Source of the DNA: Candidatus Aminicenantes bacterium UBA6228
GTDB taxonomy: Bacteria; Acidobacteriota; Aminicenantia; Aminicenantales; Saccharicenantaceae
Assembly (NCBI GenBank): GCA_002441005.1
Contig: DJWO01000009.1
Span: 402,226 to 466,225, forward strand
Direction: 5' to 3'
DNA length: 64,000 nt
Of the stretch, positions 9,390 through 19,141 are shown piece by piece. Under the pieces are notes generated by a model. It had not been told where the DNA came from. It did no database searches and saw only the letters and a list, made by a program, of their open reading frames with translations. The translations under genes were made by a program, and so were the position numbers. Numbering within the stretch: position 1 is the first letter of the stretch; every line of letters starts with the position of its first letter.

Positions 9390-10372
9390 CTTTGTCCTCC
9401 GATGGCTAAGTTTGAGCTGGCTGAGGCAGCTGAGACAATTCTCGTTCCGGACCGGTTAATCAGAGCAGCTTTCAGATGACTGGCTGAGGTAATAAGAACT
9501 TCTTTCCCCCCGGCTTCAATATACTCAATAGCCGCTCTAATTTTTGGACCCATGGAACCGGCGGGGAACTCTCCCTCTTCCAGATATTTCCTGGCTTCTT
9601 CTACTGTAATGACAGGCAGAGGTGTCTGGTCAGGCCGCCCAAAATGATAATAGACACGGGGAATGCCAGTCAGAATAATGAACAATTCAGCTCCAACTTC
9701 TCTGGCTAAAAGGCTTGAAGCGTAGTCTTTATCAATGACGGCCTCTACCCCTTCATACAGGCCGCGGCTATTGATGATAACCGGGATGCCGCCGCCTCCG
9801 GCTGCAATCACTACCCGGCCAGACATGACCAGATCTCTGACCATCCATTTGGGGACAATATCAATCGGCAGAGGAGAAGGGACAACCCGCCTGAAACCCC
9901 GCCCCGCATCTTCTACCATTGTCCATTTCTTTTGCCGGGATAGCTGTTGAGCCCTGAATTTAGGGTAAAAAGGGCCAACCGGCTTGGTCGGCTTCCCGAA
10001 AGCCGGATCGTCTTTATCTACTACCACCTGGGTTATAATGGTGGCTACATCCTTATCTATCGATTGACGCCGAAGCTCATTAATGATGGCCTTTTCCAGC
10101 ATGAAACCCATGCTGCCTTCAGTCATGGCGTCACAGACATCAAGGCTGAAAGGCGGAATTTTATTGGCCGCTTCTTCCATTTGAATCAGCAAATTTCCCA
10201 CCTGGGGGCCATTCCCATGAACAACAATAAGCTCATAGCCCTTTTTGATGATCTGGACCATGAGTTCAGCTGCCTTCTGGGCCTGGCGCATTTGCTCTGC
10301 CTGTAAACCTTTCTGGTTTTCAGGCAGAATGGCATTTCCGCCAAAAGCAATCAGTGCAACTTTCGCCTTCAT
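9386..10372 (-). CDS. arcC: Carbamate kinase
   Basis: Amino-acid-kinase family N-terminus (KVALIAFGGNAI...VVHGNGPQVG) and length ~328 aa typical of carbamate kinase. Overlaps the argF start by 4 nt. Confidence 0.75.
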   Translation of the reverse strand: MKAKVALIAFGGNAILPENQKGLQAEQMRQAQKAAELMVQIIKKGYELIVVHGNGPQVGNLLIQMEEAANKIPPFSLDVCDAMTEGSMGFMLEKAIINELRRQSIDKDVATIITQVVVDKDDPAFGKPTKPVGPFYPKFRAQQLSRQKKWTMVEDAGRGFRRVVPSPLPIDIVPKWMVRDLVMSGRVVIAAGGGGIPVIINSRGLYEGVEAVIDKDYASSLLAREVGAELFIILTGIPRVYYHFGRPDQTPLPVITVEEARKYLEEGEFPAGSMGPKIRAAIEYIEAGGKEVLITSASHLKAALINRSGTRIVSAASASSNLAIGGQR

Positions 10373-10450
10373 CTTCTGCCGCCTTAACCTTGCCTGTTTT
10401 TATCTTCTGTGATTTTTCCCGGTAGCGTCCATTCCTGCCGTCACTCAGGT

Positions 10451-11755
10451 TCAAAATTCCTTTAAAACAGATTTAATATTGGGCTGGCCAATTTCCTCAA
10501 GTTCATAGCGCACCCGGAGCATGGGTTTGTTAACTTTAATTACCCGGTTGAGATCAATAGGCGTAGCGCTTATCACCAGATCACAATCTATTTTGTTGAT
10601 GGTGGCAGCCAGTTCTCTCGTCTGTTTTTCTCCGTAACCCATAGCTGGCAGCACCTTATCCAGATGGTTATATTTTTCAAAGGTCTTTTTAATGCTGCCC
10701 ACAGCATATGGCCTGGGGTCAATGATCAAGGCTGCTTTGTATTTCTGAGCAGCCACAATGCCCGCTCCATAGCGCATACCACCATGAGTCAGAGTCGGCC
10801 CATCCTCAATGACCAGAACCTTTTTACCGGTAATTTGAGAGCCGTCATCAACAAAAATTGGTGAATTGGCTTTAATGACTTTAGCCCTGGGGTTAATCTT
10901 CTTGATGTTATCCATCACCAGTTGAATTTTTTCCGGCTCAGCTGTATCCATTTTATTAACGACATAGACGTCAGCCCGGCGGAAATTGGTTTCACCGGGA
11001 TGATAACTTAGCTCATGACCAGCCCGGTGAGGGTCAACCACGACTATTTCCAGATCTGATTTATAGAAAGAAAAATCATTATTACCGCCGTCCCAGATGA
11101 TGACGTCGGCTTCCTTTTCCGCCTGTTTCAGAATAGCGCCATAATCAACACCGGCATAAACGATGATACCATTATCAATATGGGGTTCATATTCTTCTCT
11201 CTCTTCAATTGTGCATTCATACCGGTCAAGGTCTTCATAAGTAGCAAATCTCTGAACCTTCTGCTTTTCCAGGTCGCCATAGGGCATAGGATGCCTGATG
11301 ACCACCACCCGGCGCCCTTTAGCCTTCAGGGTCAGAGCAACTTTTCTGGTGGTCTGGCTTTTGCCCGAACCGGTTCTGATCGCGCAGACAGAAACTACCG
11401 GTTTACGGCTCTTAATCATCGTATCATCCGGACCGAGCAGAACAAAGCTGGCCCCCGCCCCCATCACCTCCGAGGCCTTGTGCATCACATAGTCATGAGG
11501 AACATCGCTATAAGCGAAATGGACCTCATCGACCTTATATTTCTGGATGAGATCAGTCAATTCAGATTCAGCATAGATTGGAATTCCTTTGGCATAAAGC
11601 TTTCCGGCCAGAGCCGCCGGATATTTTCTGCCTTCAATATCCGGGATCTGGGTAGCAGTAAAAGCTACTACCTGGTAATCTGGGTTATCACGAAAATAGA
11701 CATTGAAATTGTGAAAATCACGTCCGGCCGCTCCCATAATAATGACTTTTCTCAT
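10451..11755 (-). CDS. COG2403-type predicted P-loop protein (cyclic 2,3-diphosphoglycerate synthetase-like family), first gene of the operon with arcC/argF
   Basis: MobB-like P-loop CAIRTGSGKSQT. I prefer the start at ATG 11755 (MRKVIIMGAAGRDFHNF), which has the SD AAGGAG 6 nt upstream; the track's TTG at 11818 is an upstream extension. Family assignment is from memory, not a search. Confidence 0.5.
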   Translation of the reverse strand: MRKVIIMGAAGRDFHNFNVYFRDNPDYQVVAFTATQIPDIEGRKYPAALAGKLYAKGIPIYAESELTDLIQKYKVDEVHFAYSDVPHDYVMHKASEVMGAGASFVLLGPDDTMIKSRKPVVSVCAIRTGSGKSQTTRKVALTLKAKGRRVVVIRHPMPYGDLEKQKVQRFATYEDLDRYECTIEEREEYEPHIDNGIIVYAGVDYGAILKQAEKEADVIIWDGGNNDFSFYKSDLEIVVVDPHRAGHELSYHPGETNFRRADVYVVNKMDTAEPEKIQLVMDNIKKINPRAKVIKANSPIFVDDGSQITGKKVLVIEDGPTLTHGGMRYGAGIVAAQKYKAALIIDPRPYAVGSIKKTFEKYNHLDKVLPAMGYGEKQTRELAATINKIDCDLVISATPIDLNRVIKVNKPMLRVRYELEEIGQPNIKSVLKEF

Positions 11756-11791
11756 TTCCAAGCTCCTTATCATAATTTTTTTATAATTAGC

Positions 11792-11818
11792 TTGATTGCT
11801 ATCCTGACCGGCAATCAA
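11792..11818. promoter_or_regulatory. Perfect 8-bp inverted repeat TTGATTGC-N11-GCAATCAA, 37-63 bp upstream of the COG2403-arcC-argF operon start; candidate operator
   Basis: Read directly from sequence. Lies in the promoter/5' leader of the minus-strand operon. Confidence 0.3.
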
Positions 11819-12125
11819 GAACTATAAGTATAGCAAAAAACAGGGGTTAAAGTCTAATTGAATCCCGGCAGCAGAATCTGGCCTTTAATCAATTTCAGCC
11901 AGCGCGATGAGACAGTGCCCGGCTGGTTTTCTAACTTTTCTTTGTGCTCGCCAGGTTATTCTTTTTTTGGTCCTGAAATTTCTTCAAAAGCCGCCTTTGA
12001 TGGTCAGCCTCTGCCTTTCTCACCCTTTGCCAGCCTGGTTTTTGACGATTACCAATGGTCTTACTCACCGATTCACCTCCTGCCCATCAACTGGCAGCCG
12101 ATAAAAATTTGCATTTAGGCCGCAA

Positions 12126-12596
12126 TCATAAGATTATAATGTCGGCCGTTAGCTCATCGGTATCAAGTAGAACAACCGTGCTAACTCCTCTTACCCACCC
12201 CCCGGTTTCTCCTGGATTGATCACCAAGCAATTGCCTTCCTGGCTTACCTGAGCGCGGTGGGTATGGCCGAAGACCACCACTTCGGCCTCTTCTGGCGGG
12301 TCTTCTAAAGGATAATGAGAAACAATCAGCCGGCGGTTATCATGAGTCAGGACCAACGGGGCTGTCTTTATCTCGCCCAGATCCTTAAAGACCTTAACCA
12401 GCCCTTCTTTTTCACCATCGCAATTACCAAAGACAGCCTTGACCGGGCATTTTAATTTTCGGAGTTCCCGGGCAGCAAAGGGGGCAATGATATCTCCGGC
12501 ATGGATGACCAGGGAGCAATCAACCTGGTTAAACAGGCTGATAGCCTTATTGATGGCGATTAAATTATCATGCGAATCTGACATCAGGCCAATCAT
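12126..12596 (-). CDS. Metallophosphoesterase of the YfcE/MJ0936 family
   Basis: MIGLMSDSHDNL...HAGDI...GNCD...GHTH calcineurin-like phosphoesterase motifs. Start likely the internal ATG (MIGLMSDSH) rather than the track start at 12641. Confidence 0.7.
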   Translation of the reverse strand: MIGLMSDSHDNLIAINKAISLFNQVDCSLVIHAGDIIAPFAARELRKLKCPVKAVFGNCDGEKEGLVKVFKDLGEIKTAPLVLTHDNRRLIVSHYPLEDPPEEAEVVVFGHTHRAQVSQEGNCLVINPGETGGWVRGVSTVVLLDTDELTADIIIL

Positions 12597-12747
12597 AATT
12601 TTATTATAGCTCAGCCTTGATTTTATGCCAGCCGGGAGCAAGTGAACTAATGACCGTGGTTCGAAACCGGAAAATCATAAAAGAACAAGGCTGTTTTCCT
12701 CCAGCTTACTGGCCTTTGACTTTCTTGACCAGTGGTCAGTCGTTAAC

Positions 12748-12777
12748 TTGACAGGCTAAGGGGGATTTCATTAATAT
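12748..12777 (+). promoter_or_regulatory. Sigma-70-like promoter for the tRNA-Val/thrS operon: TTGACA, 17-18 nt spacer, TAATAT
   Basis: TTGACA at 12748-12753 and TTAATA/TAATAT at 12771-12777. About 25 nt upstream of the tRNA 5' end. Confidence 0.4.
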
Positions 12778-12802
12778 ATAGAAGCTTTGAAAAATAGTGG
12801 GC

Positions 12803-12877
12803 AGGCGCGTAGCTCAGTGGGAGAGCGCTTCCTTGACGCGGAAGAGGCCGTGGGTTCAATCCCCTCCGCGCCTACCA
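12803..12877 (+). tRNA. tRNA-Val (anticodon GAC) with encoded 3' CCA
   Basis: Manual fold: acceptor AGGCGCG pairs with CGCGCCT. D-arm GCTC/GAGC. Anticodon stem CTTCC/GGAAG with loop TTGACGC (anticodon GAC). T-arm GTGGG-TTCAATC-CCCTC with one U-U mismatch. Discriminator A plus CCA. Confidence 0.75.
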
Positions 12878-12951
12878 TTACCCCTGATTTTCCCGGGGAT
12901 AAAAGCAAGCCTTGTTTATGGTAAAATTAAGATCAAGATTAAGTTAAGTTA

Positions 12952-14874
12952 ATGGAAGAACTAATCAAAATTAAAGTTGGTGAGTCTGCCTTTTCTTTGC
13001 CCAAGGGGAAACCCCTGTTTGATCTTCTCCCTCAGCTGGGTTTAGAAGACAGGCCTTTATTATTCCGCAGCGGCCAGGAACTACTGGATTTGAGCTATCC
13101 GGCCGATCATGATCGCCAGCTTGAACCCGTAACTGCCGCTGAGCCCGAAGCTGTTGGCATTCTCTGGCACAGCGCTTCCCACCTGCTGGCTCAGGCCGTG
13201 CTTGACCTCTTTCCAGGCGTTCAGGCTGGGATTGGACCAGCAACGGACACTGGTTTCTATTATGATTTTCTGCGGGATACAGCTTTTACTCCCGATGATC
13301 TCATAGCTATTGAGAACAGAATGCGGGAAATAGTTGAACAGGATCTTCCCATCCGGCGCCTGGTCTTAAAAAAAGAAGAAGCGGTACGGGTTTTTGCCCA
13401 GCGCGGCCAGACCCTTAAAGTGGAATTAATCCAGGAAAAAGGCAGCTCCGAAGTTACCTGTTATGAGCAGGGAAACTTCATTGATTTTTGCCTCGGGCCT
13501 CATTTGCCTTCAACCGGTTATATCAAGCACTTTAAATTACTCTCAGTTTCTGGAGCTTACTGGAAAGGCGATGAACACGGCCTTCAATTACAAAGAATCT
13601 ACGGGACAGCCTTTTTCAGCCAGAAAGAACTGGATGATTATCTGTTCTTTCTGGAAGAAGCCAGAAAACGTGATCACCGCCGTCTGGGTCAGGAGCTCGA
13701 GTTGTTTCATACCAGCGACGATCTCGGAGCTGGCCTGGTCATCTGGCAGCCAAAAGGCTCAATCATCCGTCATTTAATTGAAAACTTCTGGAAAGAAGAG
13801 CACCTTAAAGATGGCTATGATTTTATTTATTCTCCTCATATAGCCAAGCTGGATCTCTGGAAGAAGAGCGGGCACACCGAGTTTTATGAGGCGATGTACC
13901 CGCCGTTAGAACTGGAAGGCTGCCAGTATCAGCTCAAGCCAATGAATTGCCCTTTTCATATCATCGCTTACAAATCCCGGCAGCGATCCTACCGAGAATT
14001 GCCCTTGCGCTGGGCCGAACTTGGCACAGTTTACCGGTACGAGAGGAGCGGCGTTCTCCATGGCCTGCTTCGGGTCAGGGGTTTTACCCAGGATGATGCC
14101 CATATCTTTTGCCGCGAGGATCAATTAGAAGACGAAATTAAGGGAGTCATCCGCCTGGCCATCAGGCTGCTCCGGGCTTTTGGCTTTGAAAATTATCAGG
14201 TCTATTTAGCCACCAGACCCGAAAAGTATGTTGGCCGGCTAGAAGACTGGGATAAGGCGGAAAAAGCTCTGGAGGAAGCCCTGAAAAGCTCTGGCCTGCC
14301 TTATCAGTTAGATGAGGGAGAAGGCGTTTTTTATGGCCCGAAAATAGATATCAAAATAAAAGACGCCATTGGCCGTCTATGGCAGTGTACGACTGTTCAG
14401 CTGGACTTCAATCTGTCTGAGAGATTCGACCTGTCCTACGTCGGCGAAGACGGCAACTTCCATCGCCCTTTTATGGTTCATCGGGCTTTACTGGGTTCGA
14501 TGGAACGGTTTTTCGGCGTGCTAATTGAGCATTATATGGGAAACTTTCCCCTCTGGCTGTCACCGGTCCAGATGATCATTTTGCCCATCGCTGACCGGCA
14601 TGAAGCTTATGCTAAAGAACTTCGGGCCAGGTTAGCCGGAGAGGGGTTAAGAGCCAGAGTCGATGACTCCCGGGAAAAAATCGGGAAAAAAATACGTCAG
14701 GCTGAATTGGAGAAGATTCCTCTGATCGCTGTTGTCGGTGATAAAGAAATAAAGGAAGGCAATCTGTCTTTGAGAATACACGGTCAGGGTGACCTGGGTG
14801 AAATGAAGATTGATACCCTTCTCCCCAGGCTAAGACAGTTAATTCAAGAAAAATCTCTGGAAATAAAGATTTAG
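12952..14874 (+). CDS. thrS: Threonyl-tRNA synthetase
   Basis: TGS N-domain. Class II aaRS motifs (FRxE-like RELPLRWAELGTVYRYE, GLLRVRGFTQDDAHIF). C-terminal anticodon-binding domain. 640 aa. Confidence 0.9.
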   Translation: MEELIKIKVGESAFSLPKGKPLFDLLPQLGLEDRPLLFRSGQELLDLSYPADHDRQLEPVTAAEPEAVGILWHSASHLLAQAVLDLFPGVQAGIGPATDTGFYYDFLRDTAFTPDDLIAIENRMREIVEQDLPIRRLVLKKEEAVRVFAQRGQTLKVELIQEKGSSEVTCYEQGNFIDFCLGPHLPSTGYIKHFKLLSVSGAYWKGDEHGLQLQRIYGTAFFSQKELDDYLFFLEEARKRDHRRLGQELELFHTSDDLGAGLVIWQPKGSIIRHLIENFWKEEHLKDGYDFIYSPHIAKLDLWKKSGHTEFYEAMYPPLELEGCQYQLKPMNCPFHIIAYKSRQRSYRELPLRWAELGTVYRYERSGVLHGLLRVRGFTQDDAHIFCREDQLEDEIKGVIRLAIRLLRAFGFENYQVYLATRPEKYVGRLEDWDKAEKALEEALKSSGLPYQLDEGEGVFYGPKIDIKIKDAIGRLWQCTTVQLDFNLSERFDLSYVGEDGNFHRPFMVHRALLGSMERFFGVLIEHYMGNFPLWLSPVQMIILPIADRHEAYAKELRARLAGEGLRARVDDSREKIGKKIRQAELEKIPLIAVVGDKEIKEGNLSLRIHGQGDLGEMKIDTLLPRLRQLIQEKSLEIKI

Positions 14875-14884
14875 GAGGTCGCCT

Positions 14885-15523
14885 ATTTTCCAACGAGAAC
14901 CTTATCGTCCCCCAAAAGTTAAGGAACATCCCCACCGGATAAATGAAATGATCCGGGCACCGGAAATCAGAGTCATTGACGAAGATAAGAATCAATTAGG
15001 GGTGATGTCAGTCCCTCAGGCCCTGGCCATAGCCAGGGAGAAGGGACTTGATCTGGTCGAGATTGCTCCTCAGGCCGCTCCACCGGTTTGCCGGATCATG
15101 GATTATGGTAAGTTCCTGTACGAACTTCACAAGAAAGAACATGAGGCCAAGAAACATCAGAAACAGGCTCAGATCAAGGAAATTAAATTCAGGCCGAAAA
15201 TAAGTATTCATGATTACAATTTCAAGTTGAAACATATTCGCCGCTTTATCGAAGAGGGTGATAAGGTTAAAATTACGATTATGATCAGAGGCCGGGAAAG
15301 ATCTCATCCAGAGATGGCCTATCAGGTTATGAATAGAATTTTATCGGATGTAGCTGATATAGCCCGGTTAGATGGAGAAGTGAAAAACCAGGACTGGGCC
15401 AGTATCGCCCTGGTTGTTCCGACAAAAACAGGAGGAAAAGATGCCAAAGTTAAAAACCAATCGAGCAGCCAAAAAGAGGTTCAAAATAACGGCGAACAAG
15501 AAGGTGCTCCACAAAAAAGCTAA
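14885..15523 (+). CDS. infC: Translation initiation factor IF-3, starting at an AUU codon
   Basis: In-frame ATT at 14885 lies 6 nt after AGGAGG (14873-14878). The frame is open to the track's ATG at 14948 and encodes ...RINEMIRAPEIRVID, a typical IF3 N-terminus. An AUU start is the conserved autoregulatory feature of infC. Confidence 0.7.
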   Translation: MFQREPYRPPKVKEHPHRINEMIRAPEIRVIDEDKNQLGVMSVPQALAIAREKGLDLVEIAPQAAPPVCRIMDYGKFLYELHKKEHEAKKHQKQAQIKEIKFRPKISIHDYNFKLKHIRRFIEEGDKVKITIMIRGRERSHPEMAYQVMNRILSDVADIARLDGEVKNQDWASIALVVPTKTGGKDAKVKNQSSSQKEVQNNGEQEGAPQKS

Positions 15524-15641
15524 CAAAAGCCATATTCTGACCAAAAAGTCTGCCAAAAGAATTAGACAGTTAGGCAAGAAAGCTGAGTTGAGCCCAGCCG
15601 ATCTGAAGACAGTTAAAAAAATGCTGCCTTATGACTTTTAA
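15441..15641 (+). CDS. rpmI: 50S ribosomal protein L35
   Basis: MPKLKTNRAAKKRFKITANKKV...SHILTKKS is a canonical L35. AGGAGG SD lies 6-8 nt upstream. The start sits inside the 3' end of infC in a different frame. Confidence 0.85.
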   Translation: MPKLKTNRAAKKRFKITANKKVLHKKANKSHILTKKSAKRIRQLGKKAELSPADLKTVKKMLPYDF

Positions 15642-15692
15642 TGTCCGATCTGGCCGGAAGGCAGACAGCACCAGCAGGAAAGGAGAAAAATT

Positions 15693-16061
15693 ATGCCAAG
15701 AGTAAAAAGAAGCTCTAAGAAAAGAGAGCGCCGCAAAAAAATATTAGCCTCCGCTAAGGGTTACTGGGGAACTAAAAAAAGCAATTACCGGACAGCCAAA
15801 GAAGCTGTGGAAAAATCCCTGCAGTATGCCTATCGCGACCGCCGGGCCAAAAAAAGAGATTTCCGGCAATTGTGGATCATCAGGATTAAAGCCGGAGCTC
15901 AGGCTAATGGTCTTCCTTACAATCAGTTTATCAATGGACTTAAAAATCTGAGGATTGAACTCGACCGGAAGATTCTGGCTGAACTGGCGGTTAAAGCTCC
16001 AGCCACGTTTGCTTATCTGGCTGAGCAGATCAAACAGGCCCAGGCTTCTCCAAGGACATGA
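15693..16061 (+). CDS. rplT: 50S ribosomal protein L20
   Basis: [26 protein letters not shown] is a canonical L20 N-terminus. Confidence 0.9.
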   Translation: MPRVKRSSKKRERRKKILASAKGYWGTKKSNYRTAKEAVEKSLQYAYRDRRAKKRDFRQLWIIRIKAGAQANGLPYNQFINGLKNLRIELDRKILAELAVKAPATFAYLAEQIKQAQASPRT

Positions 16062-17092
16062 GCAGTCTGCCAGAGAAAATAGAGCAGTACCGCCAGGTTC
16101 TTAACGATCTGGCCGCCAAAACTAAGAATATAAAAGAGTTAGAAGAGGTAAAACAAGCTTTTCTGGGCAGGAAAAATGGTCATTTAACCCTGCTTTTTGA
16201 GGAACTGAAGCAATTGCCGCCTGAGGAAAAAAGGGCGGCCGGGATCGCTCTCAATAATTTTAAAATGGAAGTTCAGAAGACTCTGGCTGAACTCGAAGAG
16301 CAATGTCTGCGGCCCAGGGCCGAAAAAACAGTCAGCGATCTGACTTTACCCGGAAAAAGAATCTACTGGGGTGCTCCTCATCCTTTGACTCTCTTCCAGA
16401 GAAAAATAGAGAAAATATTTGTTTCCATGGGCTTTTCGGTCGAAGATGGCCCGGAAATTGAAACTGACTATTATAATTTCGAAGCCCTTAATTTTCCCCC
16501 CTATCATCCGGCCCGCGACAGCTGGGATACTCTTTATATAAATGACAAGTTACTTCTGCGCACCCATACTTCCCCCGTTCAAATCCGGGTGATGGAAAAA
16601 AAGAAACCACCGATTCGGATCATCATTCCAGGAAAAGTTTACCGGCGGGAAACTGCCGACCCAACTCATCTACCCATGTTTCATCAAGTTGAGGGCCTGG
16701 TCGTTGACCGGGGTATAACTTTTGCTCATCTTAAAGGAACGCTTGAATATTTTATTAAGGCTTTATTTGGCGAAAAGGTCAAGCTTCGCTTTCGCCCGAG
16801 TTTCTTTCCTTTTACTGAACCTTCAGCTGAAGTGGACATTGAATGTTTAGCCTGCCATGGTCAGGATAGTCAATGCCGGGTGTGCGGCGGAACTGGCTGG
16901 AAGGAAATTCTGGGAGCCGGCCTGGTCGATCCCCAGGTCTTTAAAAATGTTAATATTGACCCGGAAAAATACAGCGGCTGGGCTTTTGGCCTGGGCATTG
17001 ACCGGACAGCCATGCTGGCTTATGAAATTCCCGAGATGCGTTATTTTTATGAAAATGATCTGAGATTTTTGAGGCAGTTTAACCGAAGATGA
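16058..17092 (+). CDS. pheS: Phenylalanyl-tRNA synthetase alpha subunit
   Basis: Class II core ([30 protein letters not shown]). Overlaps the rplT stop (ATGA). Confidence 0.9.
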   Translation: MSSLPEKIEQYRQVLNDLAAKTKNIKELEEVKQAFLGRKNGHLTLLFEELKQLPPEEKRAAGIALNNFKMEVQKTLAELEEQCLRPRAEKTVSDLTLPGKRIYWGAPHPLTLFQRKIEKIFVSMGFSVEDGPEIETDYYNFEALNFPPYHPARDSWDTLYINDKLLLRTHTSPVQIRVMEKKKPPIRIIIPGKVYRRETADPTHLPMFHQVEGLVVDRGITFAHLKGTLEYFIKALFGEKVKLRFRPSFFPFTEPSAEVDIECLACHGQDSQCRVCGGTGWKEILGAGLVDPQVFKNVNIDPEKYSGWAFGLGIDRTAMLAYEIPEMRYFYENDLRFLRQFNRR

Positions 17093-19131
17093 ACATTTCA
17101 TACGACTGGCTAAAAGAATACATTGATCTCAACGTTCCCCCCGAAGAACTGGCCAAATATTTTGACCAGATCGGTTTAATGGTTGAATCCACCAGAGAAG
17201 TTAATGGCCAGACGGTCTATGAAATTGAAACCTACGCTAACCGGCCCGATACTCTGGGCCACCTGGGTATAGCCAGGGAACTGGCTACTCTCTTTGGCTT
17301 GCCTCTAAAAATGCCTGGCTGGCAGCTGAGTGAACTGGAGCAGTCAACTTTTGATCTCATTGATATTCAGGTCTTGGATAGCCAGCTCTGCCCGCGTTAT
17401 TGCGGCCTGGTAGTCAGGGGGGTGACGGTCGGCCCTTCCCCTGAATGGTTAAAGAAGCGGATTGAAGCTATTGGGCTTCGTCCCATAAATAACATAGTTG
17501 ATATCGGCAATTATGTTTGTTTCTCCCTGGGCCAGCCGCTTCATACTTTTGATTTGAACCGGTTAAAAGAGGCCAGAATCATTGTCAGAAGGGCCAGAAA
17601 AGGCGAGTTCATTCGCACTCTGGAAGGGCAGCTGGTAGAATTAACTCCAGATATGCTGGTCATTGCTGATGACAGTAAGCCAGTAGCTTTAGCCGGTATT
17701 ATTGGGGGAGAAGAATCAGGCATAACAGAAAAAACAACAGATGTTTTTATTGAGAGCGCTAATTTTGACCCGGTGTCCATCAGGCTGACAGCCAAAAAAC
17801 TTGGCCTGTCGACTGATGCTTCCTACCGGTTTGAACGGGGTGTCGACATCAATGCTGCTCCGCTGGGAGCCAGGATGGCCGCTTCCTTACTGGGCCAGTT
17901 CGGCGGAAAAGTCTCCAGGGGCTTGCTTGATGTTTACCCCAACCAGAGGAAGCCCAGATCCGTTCCCTTGCGCCTGAAAAGAATCAGCGAACTGCTCGGG
18001 ATCGAGATACCGGAAGAATTTGTCACCAGGACACTCACTTCTCTTGGCCTTAAATTGAATGAACAGAAGCCGGGGGTCTGGGTAGCTGAAATTCCCAGTT
18101 TCCGGGTAGACCTGGAAAGAGAAGCTGATCTAATTGAAGAAATTGCCAGGTTTTTTGGCTATGACCGGATCCCGAGTGAAGTCACCCCCACCAGGTCTTT
18201 TGAACTGCCCGGCAACCAGGAGCAGGACTGCCTCTGGCTCTTGAAGGAAACCTTACTTCATTACGGCTTCGATGAAGTTATAAACTTCAGCCTGGCCGAC
18301 CCGGAAAAAGAAAAAATCTGGCAAACCGGGTACCAGCCAATTGAGCTCCGGAACCCGATTTCTTCCAGGACTTCAATCCTCAGGACTTCACTCCTGCCTG
18401 GTCTGGTAGAAAATGCTGTCTGGAATTATAATCGCGAAGCTAATGGAGTTCATATCTTTGAAACGGGTAAAGTTTATTTCTGGGAAGCGGATGGACAGCA
18501 GGGCGAGGAATTACATCTTGGCCTGCTGACCAGCGGCCTAAAAGAGCAGAAAAGCTGGGCTCAACCCGCCCGTGAGACTGACTATTTTTCCCTGAAAGGG
18601 GCAATTGAGGATCTGTTTTTTTACCTGGGTTATGAGGCTCCAGCTTTTGAACCAGAAGACCATAGCTTTTTTGAGAGCGGCCAGTCGGTTAAGATCTTGA
18701 CTAAAAATGAAACGGCTGGCTATCTCGGGCTGTTAAAGCCAGAAATAAGAAAGGCCTATGAACTGGAAAAATTAGCTTATGCCTGCGAGCTTAATCTGGC
18801 TGATTTGTTCGATCGCCAGCCAAGGGCTTTTGTTTTCGCTCCGGTGCCCAGGTACCCGGGGATGGTGCGTGATCTATCATTTCTGGTCGAGGCTCAAGTT
18901 AATTTCCAGGCTATAGACGTCCAGCTGAAAAAGCTTAATGTTCCTTATCTGGAGAGATTTGAAATTTATGACCGGTTTGAGGGCGGCAGCCTGCCAGCCG
19001 GTCAGATTAGCTATTCTGTTCGTTTCTTTTTCCGGCATGAGTCCCGGACTCTTCTGGCCGAAGAAGTTGAACGGGCAATGCTAAATATTATTTCTCATTT
19101 GAAATCGACTCTGAAGATTCAATTGAGGTAA
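17089..19131 (+). CDS. pheT: Phenylalanyl-tRNA synthetase beta subunit (short form, ~680 aa)
   Basis: B3/B4 and B5 regions, plus a C-terminal anticodon-binding-like domain. Start is translationally coupled to pheS. Confidence 0.85.
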   Translation: MNISYDWLKEYIDLNVPPEELAKYFDQIGLMVESTREVNGQTVYEIETYANRPDTLGHLGIARELATLFGLPLKMPGWQLSELEQSTFDLIDIQVLDSQLCPRYCGLVVRGVTVGPSPEWLKKRIEAIGLRPINNIVDIGNYVCFSLGQPLHTFDLNRLKEARIIVRRARKGEFIRTLEGQLVELTPDMLVIADDSKPVALAGIIGGEESGITEKTTDVFIESANFDPVSIRLTAKKLGLSTDASYRFERGVDINAAPLGARMAASLLGQFGGKVSRGLLDVYPNQRKPRSVPLRLKRISELLGIEIPEEFVTRTLTSLGLKLNEQKPGVWVAEIPSFRVDLEREADLIEEIARFFGYDRIPSEVTPTRSFELPGNQEQDCLWLLKETLLHYGFDEVINFSLADPEKEKIWQTGYQPIELRNPISSRTSILRTSLLPGLVENAVWNYNREANGVHIFETGKVYFWEADGQQGEELHLGLLTSGLKEQKSWAQPARETDYFSLKGAIEDLFFYLGYEAPAFEPEDHSFFESGQSVKILTKNETAGYLGLLKPEIRKAYELEKLAYACELNLADLFDRQPRAFVFAPVPRYPGMVRDLSFLVEAQVNFQAIDVQLKKLNVPYLERFEIYDRFEGGSLPAGQISYSVRFFFRHESRTLLAEEVERAMLNIISHLKSTLKIQLR

Positions 19132-19141
19132 GGAGGGCAAA

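Noticed and set aside
12878-12951. T-box leader for thrS, or L20-binding leader before infC
   Set aside because: Only 74 nt separate the tRNA from thrS and 10 nt separate thrS from infC. That is too short for either element.
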